Assembly: GCA_040767805.1 (NCBI GenBank)
Contig: JAXGNU010000006.1
Span: forward strand, 1-64,000
Source: Thermovirgaceae bacterium
GTDB taxonomy: Bacteria > Synergistota > Synergistia > Synergistales > Thermovirgaceae
DNA: 64,000 nucleotides
Direction of reading: 5' to 3'
A program made the position numbers and the translations under genes. Below the pieces are notes generated by a model. That model saw only the letters and a list, made by a program, of their open reading frames with translations, made no database searches and was not told the DNA's origin. This document shows, piece after piece, positions 18,715 to 28,156 of the stretch. Every line of letters starts with the position of its first letter. Positions within the stretch are counted from its first letter, which is position 1.

Positions 18715-20355
18715 CTACTCAAAGCACCCGCCCCCGATGAACTCGCGGAGGATTGAGTTGTCGGGGACGAAGTCGGCGGGGATGTAGGGTACGAACCGGA
18801 GGATGTTGAGCAGGCGCTGGGCCTCCCCGAACTGCTTGGAGTCCTCCCTGACGGTCTTGAGCATCGGCTCGGCGTAACCCTTGAGGACGGAGAGTTCGAA
18901 GACCAGGGCCGAGTTGAACATCTCGTCGGCCAATTCCTGGTAGGGGAAGATGTACCGGTGGGCGCCCCGGATGACCGACGGCCACTGCGCCAGGGTCGTG
19001 CCCGCGCTTTTTCCCCTGAGCCGCCGGTCCCTCACGAGCCTTCTCAAGAGCCTGTTGTCGGTGGTGCTGGTCCTGTTATGCCTGTCCAGGCTTATGCCCG
19101 TGAGGGGCGAAACGTAGACGCTGAACTTGAGCTCCGCCGGGACCGAGCTCGAGATCCTGCTGTTGAGTCCGTGGATACCCTCGATGATGAGGATTTCGTC
19201 GGGCCTCATCGTGACCCTGGGGCCCTCTTCCCGCCTGCCCGTGAGGAAGTTGAAACGGGGCAGGGTGACCTCCCTCCCGTCGAGCAGGTCTTCGAGGTTG
19301 CCGTTTATCAGGTCGAGGTCCATGGCATCGATGGTTTCGAAGTCGTGTTCGCCCCGGGAGTCGCGGGGGGTCTTGTGGCGCTCCAGGAAGTAGTCGTCCA
19401 GGGAGACGACGATGGGCCTGGCGCCCATGGCCCTGAGGTGGATGGCCAGCCTCATCGCCGTGGTGGTCTTGCCCGACCCCGAGGGGCCGGAAATGCGGAC
19501 CAGCCTTACCTTTCGGTTTGAACTGATCCTCTCCGACATCCTGTTGAACTTCTGGCTGTGAAGCGCCTCGCTTACCAGCACCAGCTCGGCGGCCCTCTCC
19601 TCGATGACTTGGCCGTGGAGGTTCTCCATGGTCCGGACTCCCAGGATCTGCAGCCAGCCGCTGTACTCGTTGAAGACATCGGCGAGCTTCTCGGCGGGGG
19701 TGAAGGGCGGCAGGACCAGGGGGTAGGCGACGGTGGGGAACCGGAGCACCATCCCGTCGCGGAAGGGGACCAGGTCCCAGGAGGTGAGGCTCCCCGTGGA
19801 GGGCGCCAGGGGACCGTGGAAGAAGCCGTAGACGCCGTCGCACCGGTAAAGGGTCACGGGGTCAACGCCGGCGTACTTGAGGAGGTCGGCCGTATCGGGC
19901 TCGTTCTGTTGGTGCAGTATCCTCTCCGCGGCGTCGATGCTGAGGATCTCGCTTTTTATCGGGAGGTCCCTGCGGACGACCTGCTCCACGGCCTGGCGGA
20001 CCAGGCCGGTCCGTTCCGCCAGGGCCGGCCCTGACTGCAGTTCACAGTAGTAGCCGTCGCTGATGGAGTGCCGGATGAAGATGTCCTCCCCCAGGGCGCG
20101 GCGGCACGCCAGGGAGAGGGCGAAGGTCAGGGTGTCCCTGTAGACGGACATCCCCTCGAAGGAGGAGGTGTCTACGAAATCGACGATGGAGTCTTCCCTG
20201 AGGGGCCAGTCGAGGGGCCTGAGGTAGCGGTTGACGTGCCAGGCCACGATCTTCCTGTCGCGACCGGCGCCCACCCTCTCAAGGAGGTCCTGGCCGGTGG
20301 CCGGGGGATCGAGGCTGTAGACGCCCCCACCGGCTACCTCGACGGAAATGGTCAT
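18715..20355 (-). CDS. Nucleoside/uridine kinase with ThrRS-like N-terminal domains
   Basis: GPSGSGKTT, 'SLDDYF', 'IIEGIHGLN', 'RLLRRLVRD'; TGS/editing-like N-terminus. Confidence 0.85.
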   Translation of the reverse strand: MTISVEVAGGGVYSLDPPATGQDLLERVGAGRDRKIVAWHVNRYLRPLDWPLREDSIVDFVDTSSFEGMSVYRDTLTFALSLACRRALGEDIFIRHSISDGYYCELQSGPALAERTGLVRQAVEQVVRRDLPIKSEILSIDAAERILHQQNEPDTADLLKYAGVDPVTLYRCDGVYGFFHGPLAPSTGSLTSWDLVPFRDGMVLRFPTVAYPLVLPPFTPAEKLADVFNEYSGWLQILGVRTMENLHGQVIEERAAELVLVSEALHSQKFNRMSERISSNRKVRLVRISGPSGSGKTTTAMRLAIHLRAMGARPIVVSLDDYFLERHKTPRDSRGEHDFETIDAMDLDLINGNLEDLLDGREVTLPRFNFLTGRREEGPRVTMRPDEILIIEGIHGLNSRISSSVPAELKFSVYVSPLTGISLDRHNRTSTTDNRLLRRLVRDRRLRGKSAGTTLAQWPSVIRGAHRYIFPYQELADEMFNSALVFELSVLKGYAEPMLKTVREDSKQFGEAQRLLNILRFVPYIPADFVPDNSILREFIGGGCFE

Positions 20356-20358
20356 TCC

Positions 20359-21345
20359 CTAGGAATTCTGCCCTTCCGCGGGGGTCGCCTGGCAGGGCGG
20401 CCCCTCAATGGCGATCTCTTCCTTCCCGGGACCGCCGGGGTCCCTGCCCTCGACCACTTCGAGATCGGGGGTGCCGGCCCACTCGTGGAAGGAGGAGTCG
20501 TAGTTGCGGGCCTTGCCGTAACCGGCCATCCTCAGGACCATCACCAGGTAGGCGGCCCGCACGCCGGCCGTGTCGTAGACCGTGATCTCATCATCGGGGC
20601 TTAGGCCGTAACTCGAGAAAAGGGCATTGAGGTCGGCCACGTCCCGGACGGTCATGTCGGGCTTGAAGACCGCGTCCCAGGGGATGTTGATCGCCCCGGG
20701 GATGTGTCCCCCCCTGCGCTCCTGGAAGATCCTCCCGCCCTCGTACTCGAAGGGGGTCCGGGCGTCCACCACCTTGATCTCGCCGAGTTTGGAAGCGAGC
20801 CAGGGCGTGGTGACCTTGTAACCTCCCTGGAAGGCCTTGATGGAAAAAGCCACGGCCTTGGGCTTGGCGGCCGTGGTGGAGGCCTTGCCGCCGGCCGCGA
20901 GCCAGGCGTTGTACCCGCCGTCGAGGATGCGGACGTTCTCTATCCCCGAAAGGCGGAACACCCAGGTGGCCCAGCCTTCCTGCCCCCAACCGCCGCAGTC
21001 GCCGTAGACCACGATGGGCTGCTTCCCGTTTATCCCGAGGGCGCCTATCTTCTTGGAGAGGGTATCCTGGGGGAAGATCTCACCCCAACCGGGGTTCCCG
21101 GGCTGACCCTTCACGTTGGCGAAGTAGGTCCACTCGGCGTTCACCGCCCCGGGGATGTGCCCCTTGGCGTAAAGCGACGAAGCCCTGGCGTCGACGAAGA
21201 TCAGTTTCGAGGCGTTCTCCTTGACCCAGGAGGCGTCCACGAAGAGGGTGGTTTTCGAGAGGGCCGCCTCCGCCCCGAAAGCGGCGGGGGCCAGGCACAG
21301 GAGCAGGGCGAGGGCTAAAAGGGGGGTCTTTCTCAAGACTATCAT
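20359..21345 (-). CDS. Exported tandem-rhodanese (sulfurtransferase-like) protein
   Basis: Signal peptide; two 'GHIPGA' motifs; 'LDGG', 'YDSSFHEW'. Confidence 0.85.
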   Translation of the reverse strand: MIVLRKTPLLALALLLCLAPAAFGAEAALSKTTLFVDASWVKENASKLIFVDARASSLYAKGHIPGAVNAEWTYFANVKGQPGNPGWGEIFPQDTLSKKIGALGINGKQPIVVYGDCGGWGQEGWATWVFRLSGIENVRILDGGYNAWLAAGGKASTTAAKPKAVAFSIKAFQGGYKVTTPWLASKLGEIKVVDARTPFEYEGGRIFQERRGGHIPGAINIPWDAVFKPDMTVRDVADLNALFSSYGLSPDDEITVYDTAGVRAAYLVMVLRMAGYGKARNYDSSFHEWAGTPDLEVVEGRDPGGPGKEEIAIEGPPCQATPAEGQNS

Positions 21346-21431
21346 CCTTTCCTTTCGGTGTTGGAGGGCCGGGGCGCGAAAGGACCCCGACCCTGTTATT
21401 CTAACCTGCCGGGGCTCTCCGGTCGATGGGA

Positions 21432-21827
21432 ATTGGGGTCAGACCTTGAATTTGAGCAATTGTATACGAAAAGGGCAAAATCCGTGAACCCGTGAATCGT
21501 GAATCGTTAATCGTGAATCGGAAGGGCCAAAGCAAAATCTCAAAGGCGGGAACTGGAGACGGAAGGGCAAAGGCCGGGAATCGGAGGGGCAAGAAACCAA
21601 AGGGCGTGAGAAGTTAGATGTAAAAGAAAGGCGCGGGCAATAGGAAAAACGAAGGGCATGGATCGGCGGAGCCAAAGGGTTTCGCGTACCATGCCCTTAA
21701 GTCTTTTGCAGTCTGTCACCTTGTGTCCGCTTTTTTAGGCCTTGAGTTCTTCCTGCCTCCTGACGACTGACGACTGACGCTTTGTCTTTATGTATACAAA
21801 TGCTCAAATTCAAGGTCTGACCCCAAT
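21432..21827. mobile_element. ~396-bp non-coding element with 36-bp terminal inverted repeats (MITE/REPIN-like)
   Basis: 21432-21467 vs 21792-21827 inverted, 35/36 identical; heptamer arrays inside; purine-rich left half, pyrimidine-rich right half. Confidence 0.7.
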
Positions 21828-22678
21828 CACTTGTTGTTGGGATCCCACTTCCTGGCGAGGCCCTGGGTGATACGGTCGATGACGATGCCCATGATCACGA
21901 TGGATATGCCCGCCTCGAAGCCCCGACCCACGTCTATGCGGTTGATGGCCATGAGGACCTCCTGCCCGAGGCCCCTGGCCCCGATCATGGAGGCGATGAC
22001 AACCATGGCGAGGGCCATCATCGTGGTCTGGTTGACCCCGGCGAGGATCGAGGGCATGGCCAGGGGTATGCGCACCTCCTTGAGCAGTTGCCACCGGGTA
22101 GCCCCGTAGGCCCTGGCCGCCTCCTGGGCCGGTGCCGGGACCTGCCGCAGGCCCAGGCAGGTGAGCCTCATCACCGGCGGGAGGGAATAGATCAGCGTGG
22201 CGATCACCGCCGGGACCTTCCCCAGGCCGAAGAGCATCATGGCGGGGATGAGGTAGACGAAGCTGGGCATGGTCTGCATGGCGTCCAGCACCGGCTGGAT
22301 GAAGCCCGCGAAGAGGGGCAGTTCCCCCATGACGACCCCCAGGGGTATCCCGATGATGAGGGCTATGGCCACCGAGGTTATCACCAGGGCGAGGGTCTCG
22401 ATGGCCAGCGACCAGAGGCCGAAGACCCCGATGATCAGGGGGAGGGCCGCAAGGATGATTGTGGGGAGAACCTTTTTCGTGGCTATCCATGCCATGAGGG
22501 CTACAAAGACCAGGTAGGCCCACCAGGGGATGACGACCAGGACGCCCTGCACCCGCAACAGCAGTCCCAGTATGCAGGAGGAGAACCTGTCGAAGGCGGA
22601 CCCGTGGGTGTTGAGCAGCCACTTGATGGCGTGATTGACGCTCTTCGCGACGGAGTATTTCAACGCCTCAGGAAACAT
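21827..22678 (-). CDS. proW: Glycine betaine/proline ABC permease
   Basis: 'LDAMQTMPSFVYLIP', 'GVNQTTMMALAMVVIASMIGA'. Confidence 0.92.
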   Translation of the reverse strand: MFPEALKYSVAKSVNHAIKWLLNTHGSAFDRFSSCILGLLLRVQGVLVVIPWWAYLVFVALMAWIATKKVLPTIILAALPLIIGVFGLWSLAIETLALVITSVAIALIIGIPLGVVMGELPLFAGFIQPVLDAMQTMPSFVYLIPAMMLFGLGKVPAVIATLIYSLPPVMRLTCLGLRQVPAPAQEAARAYGATRWQLLKEVRIPLAMPSILAGVNQTTMMALAMVVIASMIGARGLGQEVLMAINRIDVGRGFEAGISIVIMGIVIDRITQGLARKWDPNNK

Positions 22679-23552
22679 CGCCGACTCCCGCCCTTTCCGC
22701 CTGGGACGCCGCCATGGCGGCCATCTGCTCGTCGGCCCTGCGGATCTCATCCCGCTTGTCCTGGACGAAGCGGGCCACGTAATCATCGGCGGGCCGGGCG
22801 AAGACCTCCGCCGGCCTGCCTATCTGGACGATCTCGCCGTTGCGCATCACGGCCATCCTGTCGCCGAGCCTCATGGCCTCGTCGAGATCGTGGGTGACGA
22901 AGAATATTGTCTTCTGGTACTCCTGCTGGATCCTCAGGAGTTCGTCCTGCATCTCGCGGCGGATGAGGGGGTCAAGGCCGCTGAAGGGCTCATCCATCAG
23001 GAGGATCGGGGTGTCGGCCACGAGAGCCCGGGCTATGCCCACCCTCTGGAGCATGCCCCCGCTCAGGGAAGCCGGGTAGTAGTCGACCCAGTCCTGGAGG
23101 CCGACCACCTTCAGGCTCTCGTAAGCCCTCTCATGGCGCTCCTTTTTAGGCACGCCCCGAAGCTTGAGGCCGAAGGCCGCGTTCTCCAGGACGGTCTTGT
23201 GGGGGAGGAGGCCGTAGTGCTGGAAGACCATCGCCACCTGGTTTCGTCGGAACTCGGTGAGTTCCTTCAAATTCATGGCCGTGACGTCCTGACCGTTTAT
23301 CCAGACCTCGCCCCAGGATATCTCGACCAGCCTCAAGAGGCACCGGATGAGGGTAGATTTGCCGCTCCCGGAGAGGCCCATGACGATGAAGACCTCCCCG
23401 GGTTTGACGGTGAAGGATACGCCCCGGACCGCGACGACCGTTTCGTTGGACTCGTCCAGCGCCGCGATCAGGTCCCGGTCGTCCACGTCGAAAAAGACTT
23501 CCTTGTCCGAGTAAACCTCCCAGAGGTCCTTCACTTCGATAATATTATCCAT
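22668..23552 (-). CDS. proV: Glycine betaine/proline ABC ATPase (no CBS domains)
   Basis: MGLSGSGKST, LSGGMLQRVG, 'MDEPFSGLDPLIRREMQ'. Confidence 0.92.
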   Translation of the reverse strand: MDNIIEVKDLWEVYSDKEVFFDVDDRDLIAALDESNETVVAVRGVSFTVKPGEVFIVMGLSGSGKSTLIRCLLRLVEISWGEVWINGQDVTAMNLKELTEFRRNQVAMVFQHYGLLPHKTVLENAAFGLKLRGVPKKERHERAYESLKVVGLQDWVDYYPASLSGGMLQRVGIARALVADTPILLMDEPFSGLDPLIRREMQDELLRIQQEYQKTIFFVTHDLDEAMRLGDRMAVMRNGEIVQIGRPAEVFARPADDYVARFVQDKRDEIRRADEQMAAMAASQAERAGVGDVS

Positions 23553-23561
23553 CACGGGTTT

Positions 23562-24578
23562 CTACAGTTTCGCCAGGGCTGCCTCAACCTTCCCGGCCAC
23601 GTCGCCGGGGAGCCATGACTTCCAGACACTCTTGTAATTGGTGAGGAACCAGGCGGCGGCCTCCTCGACGGTGGCCTCCTCCTGTTCCATGTAGGCCAGC
23701 ACCTCGTTGTTCTGGGCCAGCGTGGTCTCGTACTTTTCCAGGAACCCCACGACCTCGGGGTGCTTTTCGGCGAACCTGGTGTTGATGCCCTTGTGCACCC
23801 TGGCGGCGGGGAAGGCGCAGCCGTAGTCCTTGCCCTCACCCCACCGGTCTGGGTCGTAGGGCGGTTCCTCGAGCATCACCATGTCGAGCAGCCCCATGAT
23901 CCACTCGGGTTCCCAGTAGTAGGCGAGCACGGGCTGCCCCTTTTCGTAGGCCGATACGATGGCCGTCTGGAGGGCCATCTGGGAACCGGGGTCAAAGACG
24001 GTGTAACTGTCGGTGAGCCCGTAGGCCTCGAGTTTTTTCAGGTTTATGTCGTGCACCACCCAACCGGGGATAGCGTTGTAGAAGCGCCCCTTGCCGGGCA
24101 CCTCGGGGTCACGGAAGACCTCCCGGTACTTGGGTAAGTCGAATACGGACTTGAGATCGGGGGTCGTCGCCTTTATCCCCCGCTTTTCGTCCCCCTTGAT
24201 CATGTAGGCGGGGACGTACCACCCCTGGGGCGCGTCGGGGAAGATGGAGCCCAGGTCGAGGACCTGGCCGTTCTCCTCGACGGCGTCATGGTACCACTCA
24301 AGGGTGTTGTCGACCCACATCTCCATGGCTATATCCACATCACCCTGCTGGAGCCCCGTGAGGCCGGGCACCGACTCGGCGAAGAGGTACTCCGGTGAAA
24401 AACCGTAGCCGTGCTCCAGTATGAAGCCCGCGATACGGTCGTGGACCTGTACGCTGCTCCAGCTGAAATCGACCAGTACTACCCTTTCGGCTGCGATTGC
24501 GGCGGGAACTGAGGTCAGCCCCGTCACGACGGCAAGAACCAGTGCCAGGATCAATGCGCCTTTTCGTCCTGCTTTCAT
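23562..24578 (-). CDS. proX: Glycine betaine/proline ABC substrate-binding protein
   Basis: Signal peptide; 'GWYVP', 'YYWEP'; operon context. Confidence 0.88.
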   Translation of the reverse strand: MKAGRKGALILALVLAVVTGLTSVPAAIAAERVVLVDFSWSSVQVHDRIAGFILEHGYGFSPEYLFAESVPGLTGLQQGDVDIAMEMWVDNTLEWYHDAVEENGQVLDLGSIFPDAPQGWYVPAYMIKGDEKRGIKATTPDLKSVFDLPKYREVFRDPEVPGKGRFYNAIPGWVVHDINLKKLEAYGLTDSYTVFDPGSQMALQTAIVSAYEKGQPVLAYYWEPEWIMGLLDMVMLEEPPYDPDRWGEGKDYGCAFPAARVHKGINTRFAEKHPEVVGFLEKYETTLAQNNEVLAYMEQEEATVEEAAAWFLTNYKSVWKSWLPGDVAGKVEAALAKL

Positions 24579-24923
24579 GACAGAATCCCTCCTTCGAGTT
24601 GACGCACGCCGAACTGTCCTTCCTGGGACGCAGTCCCCGGCTGATACCGGCCCTTGGGCCGGTCAAAACGCACGCTCTCCGCGGGGGGTGAAGGGGGAAT
24701 TGAAAGGGGAAAACCAATTGAAAGGTTCACCGATGGTCCCCGGGAAGAGCCATGATATTACGCCGAAGAAAACCAATAGAATATTAAATTTTTGGTTCTG
24801 CGCCCCCAGGACCGGGCAATAATAATTGAACCGAAGGTAGCTGTCAAACTTTTGTATGCAATCCCCTCCGCTCCCGGCGGGAATCTTTTATGAAGTCTGA
24901 ACATTTAGTCTTATTGCGAACTC

Positions 24924-24963
24924 TTGCACAAAAGGTCTACCTGGTATATAAAGTATACTGGGT
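24924..24963 (+). promoter_or_regulatory. Promoter with overlapping inverted repeat (putative GntR operator)
   Basis: TTGCAC-17 nt-TATAAA; ACCTGGTATA..TATACTGGGT imperfect palindrome across the -10. Confidence 0.5.
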
Positions 24964-24985
24964 GGTCCAGCGGGGAGGTCGGCAA

Positions 24986-25684
24986 ATGATCGAAAAAAGA
25001 CTCCGCCATACCAGGATCTACGAGCAAGTCGTCGAGGAACTCAAGAACCTCATCGCTTCCGGTGAGCTCCTGCCGGGAGACCCCCTCCCCCCCGAGCGTC
25101 AGCTCATGGCGGAGATGGGCGTGAGCAGGAGTTCCCTCAGGGAGGCCTTCAGGGTCATGGAGCTGCTGGGGCTCATCGACAGCGTCCCCGGCAAGGGTCG
25201 CTTCGTCCGGAAACCCAGGGGCGAGGCAGCCGATTCGCGGAACATGCCCCTCGAGGACGAGGCCGTGCTCGAACTGATGGAGGCCCGCAGGGTCCTCGAC
25301 CCGGCCATCGCCGGGGCCGCGGCGATGCACGCGATGCCCGCGGACCTGATGAAACTGCGGAAAGTCCTCTCCAGGACCGAGAAGAACCTGGAGGATATCG
25401 AGAAGCGCTCCCAGGACGATTTCGACTTTCACCTGGCGCTCTCCGAGGCGACCCGGAATTTCGTCTTCATAAACATCGTGAAGATGACCTTCAACCTGAT
25501 CATGGCCACCCACGAGAGGATCTACTCGCTCCTCTCCGACAAGGAGGCTTTCCTCAACGAACACCGGGCCATCTACGAGGCGATCACCGACCACGACGTG
25601 GCCGCCGCCCAGGCGCTGGCCGCGGGTCACATCGAGAGGATCTACAAAACCTTGCAGGAAGCGCTGGCCCTTGAGGTCAAGTAA
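24986..25684 (+). CDS. FadR/GntR-family regulator
   Basis: 'LPPERQL..MGVSRSSLREA'; FCD domain 'DFDFH'. Confidence 0.92.
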   Translation: MIEKRLRHTRIYEQVVEELKNLIASGELLPGDPLPPERQLMAEMGVSRSSLREAFRVMELLGLIDSVPGKGRFVRKPRGEAADSRNMPLEDEAVLELMEARRVLDPAIAGAAAMHAMPADLMKLRKVLSRTEKNLEDIEKRSQDDFDFHLALSEATRNFVFINIVKMTFNLIMATHERIYSLLSDKEAFLNEHRAIYEAITDHDVAAAQALAAGHIERIYKTLQEALALEVK

Positions 25685-25731
25685 TTGATAGAGGCGCCAG
25701 AATTTCAAAACACCTATTGGAGGGATTTAGC

Positions 25732-26286
25732 ATGAGAGACAGGATCGTGAAGGTTTTCCCGGAGATCGACTGGGTCCAGGACAAGGGGCTCAGGGAAAAG
25801 GTGATCGCCACCATCGAGGACGCCCTCAAGACCGGCGGCTGGGAGCCCGAGGATATGGAGAAGATACCCTTCACACTCCTCATCCCCGACTGCCCCGCTT
25901 CCCTTAACGTCCACAACCGGGGCGTGACGAGGATGGCCAAGGCCATCTACGATGAGTACAACCCCCTCTACGAGAAGAACGGAGGTTTCAAACTCGACCA
26001 CGACACACTCATCGCCGGCGCCATCCTCCACGACGTGGGCAAACTGGTGGAGTACGAGAGGAAGGACGGCAAGGTCGTGAAGTCCCAGATGGGCAAGGAC
26101 CTCCGGCACCCCTTCTCCGGCGTCGGTCTGGCCATGCGGAACGGCATCCCCACCAGGATATGCCACTGCATCGCCGTCCACGCCAAGGAGGGCGACGGCG
26201 GGTACCGCTGCCCCGAGGCGGTGGTCATCAACAAGTGCGATTTCATCAACTTCGAGACCATCAAGTCGTTCCTGGGGCTTCTCTAA
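25732..26286 (+). CDS. HD-domain protein
   Basis: H..'ILHDVGK'..'RHPFSG'..D. Confidence 0.85.
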   Translation: MRDRIVKVFPEIDWVQDKGLREKVIATIEDALKTGGWEPEDMEKIPFTLLIPDCPASLNVHNRGVTRMAKAIYDEYNPLYEKNGGFKLDHDTLIAGAILHDVGKLVEYERKDGKVVKSQMGKDLRHPFSGVGLAMRNGIPTRICHCIAVHAKEGDGGYRCPEAVVINKCDFINFETIKSFLGLL

Positions 26287-26320
26287 CAAGGACGACCAAC
26301 AAACAGGAGGTGCATGACCC

Positions 26321-27601
26321 ATGGGCAAAACGATGATCGAGAAGATCATCCGGCGGGCGGCCGGCCGGGAGGTCAAGGTCGGCGAAAGGGTCTGGTGCGA
26401 TATCGACCTGTCGACGGCCCGCGACTTCGGCGGGGCCAACTGCGTACTGCAGTTCGAGGAAGTGACGGACAAAAAGGGCAAGGTCTGGAACCCCGACAAG
26501 GTGGCCTTCACCTTCGACCTCCAGGCCCCGTCCCACTCGGAAAAGGTTTCCAACAACCAGAAGATCATCCGTGAATTCGCCAAGAAGCAGGGCATCAAGA
26601 AGGTCTTCGACGTGGACTGGGGCATCGGCCAGCACGTCCTGCTCGAGAACGGCCTGGTGAAACCCGGCGACGTGATCCTGGGCACCGACAGCCACATGAA
26701 CCTCCTCGGCGGGGTGGGTGCCTTCGCCACCGGCGTGGGGAACACCGACATAGTGGCCTCCTGGTTCGAGGGGACCAACTGGTTCCGCGTCCCCGAGACT
26801 ATGAAGGTCACCGTCACGGGCAAGTTCAAAAAGGGCGTCTGCATGCGCGACCTGCTGACCCACATAGTGGGGGACCTCGGCGCCGCCGGGATGTTCTTCC
26901 TGGCCACCGAGTTCTACGGGGAGACCATCGAGAACTCGTCCCTGGCCGAGAGGATAACCCTCTGCTCCATGGTCACCGAGATGAGCGGCAAGGTGGGGCT
27001 CATCATGCCCAACGGCGAGGTCCTGGACTGGCTGGTCGGCAGGGCCGGCGACGAGGTCAAAGAAAGGGTCAAGACCCTCGCCGCCGACGCCGACGCCGTC
27101 TATGTCAAGGAACTGGAGTACAACGTGGACGACCTCGAGCCGATGACATCCTGCCCCGACGCGCCGGACAATGTTAAGAAGGTCCGCGAGGTCGCCGGCG
27201 AGCACGTGGACCAGGTCCACATCGGGTCCTGCTCCAACGGGCGTTTCGAGGACATCACGGCGGCTTTCGAGGTCCTCAAGGCGGGCGGCTTCAAGGTGGC
27301 CCCGGGCATGCGCGCCATTATCACTCCCGCCACCCGGGAAGTCATGCTGCAGTGCGCCAAGGCCGGTTACATCCAGAAGTTCCTCGAGGCGGGAGTCATC
27401 TTCACCAACCCGACCTGCGCGCTCTGCACCGCCGAGCACTACGGGGCGCTGCCGAGCGGCGACGTGGGCATGTCCACGACGAACCGGAACTTCATCGGCA
27501 AGGTCGGCAAGGGGAGCCACACCTACCTGGCGAGCCCCATGACGGCCATGGCTACCGCCGTGCGAGGCAAGATCACAGATCCCAGGGATATCCTCGGATA
27601 G
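26321..27601 (+). CDS. LeuC/HacA-type aconitase-family large subunit 1
   Basis: 'GTDSHM', 'GSCSNGR', 'PTCALC', 'TTNRNF', 'LASP'. Confidence 0.92.
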   Translation: MGKTMIEKIIRRAAGREVKVGERVWCDIDLSTARDFGGANCVLQFEEVTDKKGKVWNPDKVAFTFDLQAPSHSEKVSNNQKIIREFAKKQGIKKVFDVDWGIGQHVLLENGLVKPGDVILGTDSHMNLLGGVGAFATGVGNTDIVASWFEGTNWFRVPETMKVTVTGKFKKGVCMRDLLTHIVGDLGAAGMFFLATEFYGETIENSSLAERITLCSMVTEMSGKVGLIMPNGEVLDWLVGRAGDEVKERVKTLAADADAVYVKELEYNVDDLEPMTSCPDAPDNVKKVREVAGEHVDQVHIGSCSNGRFEDITAAFEVLKAGGFKVAPGMRAIITPATREVMLQCAKAGYIQKFLEAGVIFTNPTCALCTAEHYGALPSGDVGMSTTNRNFIGKVGKGSHTYLASPMTAMATAVRGKITDPRDILG

Positions 27602-27616
27602 GGAGGTTGGGGAAAA

Positions 27617-28144
27617 ATGGAAAAGAAGATCCTTCGCGGAAGGGCCTGGGTGTTTGGGGATGACGTCGACACGGACCTCATCTACCACAACAAGTACCTG
27701 GCCGAGACCGACCCGAAGAAGATGCCGCAGTATTCCTTCGAGTACTACCCCGGCAAGGAGCACTTCGCGAAAGAGGTGAAGGAGGGGGACTTCATCGTGG
27801 CCGGCACCAACTTCGGGTGCGGCTCCTCCCGGGAGCACGCCGTCTACTGCCTGAAGTACGCCGGCATACCCGTCGTCCTGGCCGAGTCCTTCTCGCGCAT
27901 CTATTACCGGAACGCCATAAACAACGGGTACCCGGTCCTCTTCGTGAACGGCCTGAGCCAGGCCATCAAGGACGGTAAGATCAAGGACGGCGACGAGCTC
28001 GAGGTCGACCTGGAGAAGGGCGAGATCAAGGACCTAACCAATGGCAACTCCTTCCACGGCGACGCCGTCGCGGACCTCGAGATGGACATCATGAAGGCCG
28101 GCGGCCTCATCGAGTACCTCAAGGAAAAGGCCGCGGGCAAGTAG
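27617..28144 (+). CDS. LeuD/HacB-type small subunit 1
   Basis: 'DDVDTDLI', 'NFGCGSSREHA', 'SFSRIYYRN'. Confidence 0.92.
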   Translation: MEKKILRGRAWVFGDDVDTDLIYHNKYLAETDPKKMPQYSFEYYPGKEHFAKEVKEGDFIVAGTNFGCGSSREHAVYCLKYAGIPVVLAESFSRIYYRNAINNGYPVLFVNGLSQAIKDGKIKDGDELEVDLEKGEIKDLTNGNSFHGDAVADLEMDIMKAGGLIEYLKEKAAGK

Positions 28145-28156
28145 GAGGGGGTCGGC

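Noticed and set aside
18715..20355. ThrRS-like/uridine kinase fusion as a novelty
   Set aside because: Known, widespread architecture in anaerobes
24579..24760. Riboswitch (e.g. c-di-AMP) upstream of the betaine transporter
   Set aside because: Small hairpins are present but no recognisable conserved aptamer motifs
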